DNA of 5,689 nt from positions 1 through 5,689 of the forward strand of contig NW_021829966.1 in the NCBI RefSeq assembly GCF_006345805.1, given 5' to 3'. Of this stretch, positions 1-5,689 are shown in pieces (the first letter of the stretch is position 1; every line of letters begins with the position of its first letter). This DNA is from Octopus sinensis (lineage: Eukaryota). The notes beneath the pieces were generated by a model. That model did no database searches and was not told the DNA's origin. It was given only the letters and a program-made list of their open reading frames with translations. A program made the translations under genes and the position numbers.

Positions 1-90
1 ATACATGCATGCATGCATACATACATACTACAGGATATATACACACACATGCTATATGCATATATATTATATATATATATATATATATAT
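1..90. repeat. Compound microsatellite (ATGC/ATAC/CA grading into TA)
   Basis: Directly visible short-period repeats ending in a (TA)n run that abuts the SINE at 91. Confidence 0.95.
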
Positions 91-374
91 CATGGCTCTG
101 GGTTCAGTCCCACCGTGTGGCACCTTGGGCAAGTGTCTTCTACTATGGCCTCAAGCCGACCAAAACCTTGTGAGTGAACTTGGCTGAGGGAAACTGAAAA
201 AAGCTCCACGTATACATGTGTGTGTGTGTGTGTGTTTGTGTCCGTTTTTCACACCCCATCACCGCTTTAAAACCAGTGTTGGTCTGTTTACGGCTCCGTA
301 ATAAAAGAGACCGATGGAATTAGTACTGGGTTTAAAGAGTAAGTTTTAGTCGATTTGTTCAACTAAACCCTTCA
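91..374 (+). mobile_element. Truncated tRNA-derived SINE, Octopus-type, with internal (TG)n
   Basis: B-box-like GGTTCAGTCC at 101-110, then CACCTTGGGCAAGTGTCTT at 121-139 (resembles the CORE-SINE motif ACCTTGGGCAAGT), internal (TG)n at about 217-240, and a 3' part AAAAGAGACCGAT..AGTACT..GTCGATTTGTTCAACTAAACCCTTCA. The order matches my memory of the high-copy Octopus SINE. No A-box or 5' tRNA half is present. Family assignment is from recall, not a search. Confidence 0.8.
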
Positions 375-786
375 GTGAGTGCAACGTGGTAGTTAGGCAT
401 TGTGGGTCGGCTGGACCAGGACTAGATTTTTGAAATTTTTGCTGGGATCGTTGTGTGGAGTAATTTTAAAAGAAAACAAGCGAAGAGAAAATATGCAGAG
501 GGGACAATACCGTGAATAGGGACAATGAAGACGAAAAAGGTGAATCAAATACCAAAACAAGAATGAAAAACATATTGATTATAGCAGAATAAAAAAAAAA
601 GAAGTGTTTCGCATTAATTGCAATCAACTGCAAATGATAAGAGGACATAATCTGAAGAATCAAGGATTATTCGAAACTATGATGTGATTAGCAGATATAC
701 ATTGAGATTATCTCAGAGAGAAGGAAACTGTGGACAGGCGTCATCAGGGCAGCAGTCGTCCGGTATTGAATTCAGCAGACGATACG

Positions 787-789
<3 letters not shown>

Positions 790-827
<38 letters not shown>

Positions 828-1170
828 TATATATATATTATGTATATTATATATCTAATATATATATATAATAGATATATATATATAGATGTATTATATA
901 TATTTTGTGCAAATGTCAAATGTTACAAAGTACGGGTATGTGTGTGTGTGTATGTCTGTGTGTCTGAGTTTTGAGTATTTGTATGTTATATTTAATAATG
1001 CACGCATAATATTTTGTATGTATATATATATATATATATACACGTTTTATGTCATATATATGTATAAATACGTATATATGTGTATATAAAAATACATACA
1101 TACATATATATATATAATCACATATATATCATATATATCTATATTAATGTATACACACATACACACGCAT
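790..1170. repeat. Compound (TA)n/(TG)n/(CA)n microsatellite and AT-rich low complexity
   Basis: Interrupted TA runs at 790-905, TG run at about 937-965, TA/CA mixtures to 1170. Confidence 0.9.
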
Positions 1171-1310
1171 AAATGCTCATGAAAGGGCATCTGTTTAAGT
1201 GGATGCATTGAGCTTCGCTCGTTAACGATAAGCCGTCAGTCATTAAGACCAGTTGACCTTTCAACCTTTATTACGAGGGACACTCCGCATAATAACACTG
1301 ACTGTTTGCC

Positions 1311-1447
1311 TGCGCGTGCGCACGCACACGCACGCAGAGAGAGACACATACACACACACATATACATACATACATATATGTATGTATATATATACACATA
1401 TATACATATATACACATATATATTATATATATATATATATATATATC

Positions 1448-1478
<31 letters not shown>

Positions 1479-1499
1479 GTATATGTGTATGTATGTGTT
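1311..1499. repeat. Compound microsatellite (CACG/CA/TACA)-(TA)n-(TATG/TG)
   Basis: Directly visible: CA-rich left arm, TA core, TG-rich right arm. Confidence 0.95.
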
Positions 1500-1721
1500 T
1501 TGAGTATAGGAGGAAGGTGGTACCTGCGTGCTGACGAGTGGCGGTGGGGAGCAGATGCAGTGCTATGAACACAATTTTCTGCAGTTACATTCATCTGTCT
1601 ACGTCGAGAGCAATACATCGTATTAAAGGAAGGACGCCATGTTGACATTTCTCTTTAATATCTTCATTTGCTTGTTTAACATTGTTCTCGTTCTTGCTGT
1701 AGTGTTTGTATTGATTCGCTT

Positions 1722-1840
1722 AGTGTGTATATATATATATATACACATATGTATATAAATATATGTATATATATATATGTGTGTGTGTGTGTATCTATAT
1801 ATATTTATACGTGTGTGTATATATATATATATATACATAT

Positions 1841-1879
<39 letters not shown>

Positions 1880-1938
1880 TGTCTTTGTAAATATATATAT
1901 ATATATGTAGATACGTGTGTCTGCGCGCGCGCGCGCGT
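1722..1938. repeat. Compound (TA)/(TG)/(CA) microsatellite ending in (GC)7G
   Basis: Directly visible; pure GC alternation at 1923-1937. Confidence 0.95.
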
Positions 1939-2062
1939 CAATATTTGTTCTCGAAGTGTGAGTTTTGTTGTGAGTGATTTTTACTGTTTGTTTCATGTTT
2001 CATTATTTTTTATCGGTGTTTTTGTTGAATTCTTTGTGGCAAGGAATCGTATCAATATCGTT

Positions 2063-2080
2063 ATACACATTCATACATAC

Positions 2081-2150
<70 letters not shown>

Positions 2151-2178
2151 TTATACATTTATACATACATATTATATG

Positions 2179-2212
<34 letters not shown>

Positions 2213-2342
2213 AGTATATGACTGTGTGTATGTATGTATATATATATATATGTGTGTGTGTGTGTTTACTTTCATTATGTGTGCGCGCGTGTATATGAAT
2301 GTATGCATAATATGTTTGTCTATGTTATGTGATTGAGTGTGT
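2063..2342. repeat. Compound microsatellite containing a pure (TA)31 tract
   Basis: Uninterrupted TA alternation at 2084-2145, CA-rich sequence before, TG-rich sequence after about 2220. Confidence 0.95.
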
Positions 2343-2426
2343 TTAAGTGGTTTTATACGGTTTTGCTTAATTCTTAAACAGGATATATCAACAAACCTAA
2401 CAATCGGTAAACAGAACGAAACGAAC

Positions 2427-2560
2427 GCACACAAGGACACACACCACACACACACACATACACACACACTGACACACAGACTCGCGCACAACCATCCACT
2501 CACACACGCACACACACACGTACACGCACAATTCACACACACAGATACACACGTACACCT
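2427..2560. repeat. Degenerate (CA)n microsatellite
   Basis: Interrupted CA alternation. Confidence 0.9.
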
Positions 2561-2620
2561 CACAAAATGAAAACAAAACATAGATAAACAAATTTGCTAA
2601 ATCAAATAACCAAGAAGTGT

Positions 2621-2624
2621 AATG

Positions 2625-2676
<52 letters not shown>

Positions 2677-2680
2677 TAAC

Positions 2681-2727
<47 letters not shown>

Positions 2728-2743
2728 TAATAATAATAATAAT
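2621..2743. repeat. (AAT)n trinucleotide microsatellite, about 41 units
   Basis: 123 nt of AAT with four variant units (GAT at 2624 and 2726, AAC at 2672 and 2678). Confidence 0.98.
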
Positions 2744-3117
2744 GGCACCCAAATCAAAAGAAAACAATTAGGAGCGATCCCACAAAGCGATCCATCAATC
2801 CACAGTTTCGGTGTCGCCATCGTCAACGACGTTGATCGAGGAATCAACCAACCACATACAATCTATATACATACAATAGCCTGTTCACCGAGGCGTGAAG
2901 CATTTCAAATATGTTTACGCTTGTTCTTGCTTGCGAAAGCTACGTGTATTGTTCCTAAAGAACCCGCCAGCCCAACCCTTTCCACCTTCCCAAACTCGAA
3001 ACTCGACTGTCCTCCTCCATTTTCTTCCAAACCCGTCTCCTCCCCCACCCCTCACGCTCCACCCCCCTCGCCCGTAACTGGCAACTAACCTGGAACTAAG
3101 TACCACTAAATTTACGC

Positions 3118-3202
3118 CACACTCCACCACACCTCACATCACCTCACCTCACACTACACATACACTGCAGTACTGCACCGCATAACGACACGCTACGCAC
3201 CA
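3118..3202. repeat. Degenerate pentanucleotide repeat (CTCAC > ACTAC > ACTGC > ACACG)
   Basis: Period-5 pattern: cacac tccac cacac ctcac atcac ctcac ctcac actac acata cactg cagta ctgca ccgca taacg acacg ctacg cacca. Confidence 0.7.
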
Positions 3203-3448
3203 TTCTACTTCATGTCACACACCTCGTTGCTGACGTCACCATCGCTTGCCGCCGCCGCCGCCTCCACCACCGCTGCCATTCAGCGATTTCCCTCGTTCGC
3301 TTCGTTCGTTCATTCATTGCTTCTTGCCCGCCGCTCCTGACGCCATGTTTACCCATCAATCCCACAATGCAACAGTGTAGAGTGCTCCCATTTAAGCAAT
3401 GTTTGATGAACACACGAGGCGTCACAGATTTCGCAGTGTTTGGTGACG
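3179..3448. promoter_or_regulatory. CpG-dense segment, candidate promoter/5' exon region
   Basis: About 20 CpGs in 3179-3342 and about 24 to 3448 (hand count), a (GCC)n run at 3248-3262, a perfect CRE, three extra TGACG half-sites and a YY1-like motif. Function is inferred only. Confidence 0.35.
3231..3238. promoter_or_regulatory. Perfect palindromic CRE (TGACGTCA), candidate CREB/ATF site
   Basis: Exact 8/8 match to the canonical CRE inside a CpG-dense segment. An 8-mer alone is weak evidence of function. Confidence 0.3.
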
Positions 3449-3464
3449 GGTTATTAATCTGGCA

Positions 3465-3920
3465 TTCTTTCTTTTCCTCACTCATCCCCCCTCCATCCTC
3501 TTCCCCCTCTTTCCTTCCTTCTTTCTTTCTCTCTGTCTTTCTCTCTTCAGTTATCTCTCTACCTTTCTTTCCATTTCCAACTTACGTATCTTATTCTAGC
3601 TTCTTTCATTTTCTCTGCCTACCACCTCTCTCTCTCTCTCTTTCCCTCTCTTTTCTCCTTCCTTTCACTTATTGTTTACACCTGCCTCGTTCTTTCACTC
3701 AATTTCTCTATCTCCTTTTATACATAATTATTTATGTATACAAAAATATACATACATATATATGTATATATGTGTGTGTGAGTGTGTGTGTACATATCTT
3801 TCTTACTCTCTCTTACGCTAACCCTTTCACTTTTTCTTTCTCTCCCAGTCTCCCTCTCTCTTTCTCCTCTTCACCCTCTCCTCTTCTCTCTCTTCTCTCT
3901 CTCTCTCTCTCTCTCCTTAC
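3465..3920. repeat. Polypyrimidine low-complexity tract (CT/CTT/CTTT), interrupted by a TA/TG block at about 3720-3797
   Basis: Plus strand is almost purine-free over 3465-3720 and 3798-3920, with pure (CT)n at about 3626-3640 and 3894-3915. Confidence 0.9.
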
Positions 3921-4067
3921 CTGTGTCTGTATAGACATCAGTGTAGAATGCACCTGTATTTGAGTGGGTGTATATATGATGTACCTGCATTCTATTAACA
4001 TACACACAAACTTAAAATACATACTTATACCTGTGTGAGTATTTATGCGTGTGATTAAGTGTGTATA

Positions 4068-4092
4068 CGAAGTGGTATCAGAAAGTTCCCGG
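4068..4092 (+). repeat. Left terminal inverted repeat of the mariner
   Basis: CGAAGTGGTATCAGAAAGTTCCCGG; its reverse complement matches 4959-4983 at 19/25 positions. Preceded by TA. Confidence 0.9.
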
Positions 4093-4251
4093 GCTCGTTT
4101 TTTGCGCAGCAACAGGTGGCAGCACAGGGTTGTGTTCTAGCAGTGACCGTCATGAGGCAGTGTGTCGAGAGACGTTGCTGTGTTTACTTCGTAAGTTGTG
4201 AAATTTGTGTTTTTGTGATCACGTGTGTATGCTGTAGTCTGCGATTTTGTC

Positions 4252-4937
4252 ATGGACGGGAACAAAAAGCCAACGCGAAGTTTTGCATTAAACTTGGAAA
4301 GTTTTTACAGAGACATCGGGCATGCTTCGACAACCTTGCGACACCGAGGCAATGGGTCGTGCGCAATATTTTGAGTGACATGGGCGCTTCAAAAGCAGAA
4401 GATCGTCCCTGGAACATGATGAGTGATCTGGAAGATCTGTCACAAGTGTCAACCCTGGAAATGTGGTATTGTGCCTCGAAACTTCGTCCCCCAGGGCCTC
4501 GAGACTTCGCCCCCAGGGCCAAACCGTCAATCGAGAGTTCTACTGCGACGTTTTGAAATGTCTGAAGGAGGACATTCAATGAAAGCGACAGAATCTGTGG
4601 AATGTGATGAACTGGGGTTTTTTTCACAATGTACCTTGTCACTAGGCTCTCCTCATTCGTGAGTTTCCCGCCAAAAAACAATATGGTATCGCTTCGATAC
4701 CCACTCTGTTCACCAGATTTAGCACCTGCAGGTTTCCATTTCTTCCCCAAGATGAAAATACAGTTCAAAGGTCGCCGATCTAACATCGTTGTCGAGATCC
4801 AAAGAGAATCGCAGAAGGTCCTCCACCCGCTTACGGAAAATGACTTCCAGACTGGATTCTGAAAGTGGCAGAAACGCTGGGACCGGAGTATTTCTGCGCA
4901 AGGGGACTATTTGGAGGGAGACGATGTTAAAACTTAG
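4252..4937 (+). pseudogene. Mariner transposase pseudogene (DD34D type)
   Basis: Manual reconstruction across frameshifts. N-terminal HTH: M..EQKANAKFCIKLGK/FTETSGMLRQ..EAMGRAQYFE*HGRFKSRRSSLEHDE*SGRS..NPGNV. This joins directly to GIVPRNFVPQG-QTVNREFYCDVLKCLKEDIQ*KRQNLW..W..HNVPCH*ALLIREF.AK/NNMVSLRYPLCSPDLAPAGFHFFPKMKIQFKGRR..F*KWQKRWDRSISAQGDYLEGD, stop at 4935-4937. Contains the YSPDLAP-type motif, several stops and frameshifts; the WVPHEL linker and first catalytic Asp region are absent. Confidence 0.95.
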
Positions 4938-4958
4938 GGAAATAAGTTATTTTTTAGT

Positions 4959-4983
4959 TCGAGAACCTTTTGATACCACCTGG
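4959..4983 (-). repeat. Right terminal inverted repeat of the mariner
   Basis: TCGAGAACCTTTTGATACCACCTGG followed by TA; 19/25 identity to the left TIR. Confidence 0.9.
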
Positions 4984-5004
4984 TACGTAAGTACAGTCAC
5001 AGCT

Positions 5005-5166
5005 CTATACACTCGTGTACACGTGTATACATGCGAACAGATGCATTGTGCGTGTGTCTTCGGGATTTGCATGTGGAATGTGGTACGCGCACGCATCTGT
5101 GTGTGTAGATATGTGTGTGCTTTGTATTTGTGTGTGTGTGCGCGCGCGCGCGAGTGTGTGCACGCG
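5005..5166. repeat. Degenerate (TG)n microsatellite with (CG)6
   Basis: Interrupted TG alternation; (TG)6(CG)6 at 5129-5152. Confidence 0.85.
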
Positions 5167-5689
5167 TAAATATTTGTTAAAAGTTATGCATTTCATTTCT
5201 TGCATCAGCAGGTGATGATTTGGTGGAATTATAGAAGCTGGAATAAAATATTCAACCTCTCCACGTTCCGATTTTGAATCGTCGAGATCCGTTTTTCAAT
5301 TTTATCCTTTAGGGTTCGATTAGTATCTTTGAAGTCATTAACCGTTTCTAATCAATGATACGTTCTACAAATGTTAAAACCATTTTGATTTGTTAAAAAA
5401 ATAAATCATATTTGTACACCTTTCAGGTGACCCTTACTCTTAAATCAGACTATGCCATTTCAAAAATCAAAAAAGAATACTTGAGAGGGTACATTTAACA
5501 AGTAGGTACCCGGTTTCCAGCTGTCCCTTGTAAACTATTGGACATTTTTGGTACTATTTATTCAACTTTCCGTGTTTCGTTTGCTAATAGGAATTACAAA
5601 TTTTTGCATGTTAGACATGTCAGGAATTTCCCATTAGAAATTCTTGAGACTGAGGATCAAATAATGTATCCGTCTTTTTTGCTATAAAT

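Larger units (their letters stand above)
4068..4983 (+). mobile_element. Mariner-family DNA transposon relic (internally deleted, non-autonomous, 916 bp)
   Basis: TA at 4066-4067 and 4984-4985, imperfect 25-bp TIRs and transposase remnants between them. TIRs starting CGA(A/G)G are typical of several mariner subfamilies (e.g. irritans-like); subfamily not determined. Confidence 0.95.

Noticed and set aside
5-187. ORF ending MALGSVPPCGTLGKCLLLWPQADQNLVSELG
   Set aside because: Translation of a microsatellite plus the SINE body; not a gene.
638-690. IRGHNLK in a plus frame resembles the CR1/L2 LINE C-terminal TRGHSLKL motif
   Set aside because: The expected downstream RK.FFS.RV...WN.LP pattern is absent in all frames; a 6-residue match is not enough.
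889-2591. Many ORFs rich in YIYI, CVCV and THTH
   Set aside because: Dinucleotide repeats lack stop codons in some frames; these are artefacts.
2823-2835. Palindromic TCAACG-A-CGTTGA, and similar short hairpins at 1252-1265, 2884-2899, 2933-2940 and 3166-3177
   Set aside because: Stems of 6 bp or less are expected several times by chance in 5.7 kb.
2594-3088. 164-aa poly-Asn/Pro-rich ORF
   Set aside because: Starts at TTG, a quarter is the AAT microsatellite, the tail is C-rich low complexity, and no domain is recognisable. Only RNA-seq or homology evidence could rescue it.
3367-3963. 198-aa Phe/Ser/Leu-rich ORF
   Set aside because: Translation of the polypyrimidine tract; purely compositional.
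3944-3994. 9-bp inverted repeat TAGAATGCA/TGCATTCTA with a 33-nt spacer, plus four ACCTG words at 3919-4033
   Set aside because: About one such inverted repeat is expected by chance, there is no TSD, and the spacers between ACCTG words are not similar to each other.
4250-4786. 178-aa minus-strand ORF and other ORFs overlapping the mariner
   Set aside because: Antisense or off-frame readings of the decayed transposase.
4191-4992. GTAAGT donor hexamers at 4191-4196 and 4987-4992, near the mariner ends
   Set aside because: Poor exonic context (TTC|, TAC|) and no matching acceptor or frame; chance-level matches.
5190-5285. Minus-strand FKIGTW-RG ... LLMQEMKC, reminiscent of a LINE endonuclease N-terminus (IGTWNVRGL ... 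ICLQETK)
   Set aside because: Needs several indels, spacing is about 7 codons too short, and no further endonuclease motifs follow. A profile-HMM search would be needed to revive it.
1-5689. CRISPR array, tRNA/rRNA genes, prokaryotic operon or defence system
   Set aside because: No repeat-spacer array, no cloverleaf (the B-box belongs to the SINE), no rRNA similarity recognised and no dense coding structure.

Overview
Eukaryotic, repeat-dominated non-coding DNA (intronic or intergenic). The very high density of compound (TA)/(CA)/(TG)/(AAT)/(CT) microsatellites and a SINE at 91-374 that matches my recollection of the abundant tRNA-derived Octopus SINE point to an octopus/cephalopod genome (inference, no database search run). 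The one well-supported large element is a dead mariner (Tc1/mariner, DD34D-type) DNA transposon at 4068-4983. It has TA target duplications, 25-bp imperfect TIRs and a frameshifted transposase relic with an estimated ~120-codon internal deletion. No intact protein-coding gene is supported; almost all ORFs in the track are microsatellite or repeat translations. A CpG-dense segment at about 3030-3450 (perfect CRE, YY1-like site, G4-prone tract, short Ala-rich minus-strand ORF) is a tentative promoter/first exon. I found no convincing evidence of a new biological system; the findings are modest, testable observations.
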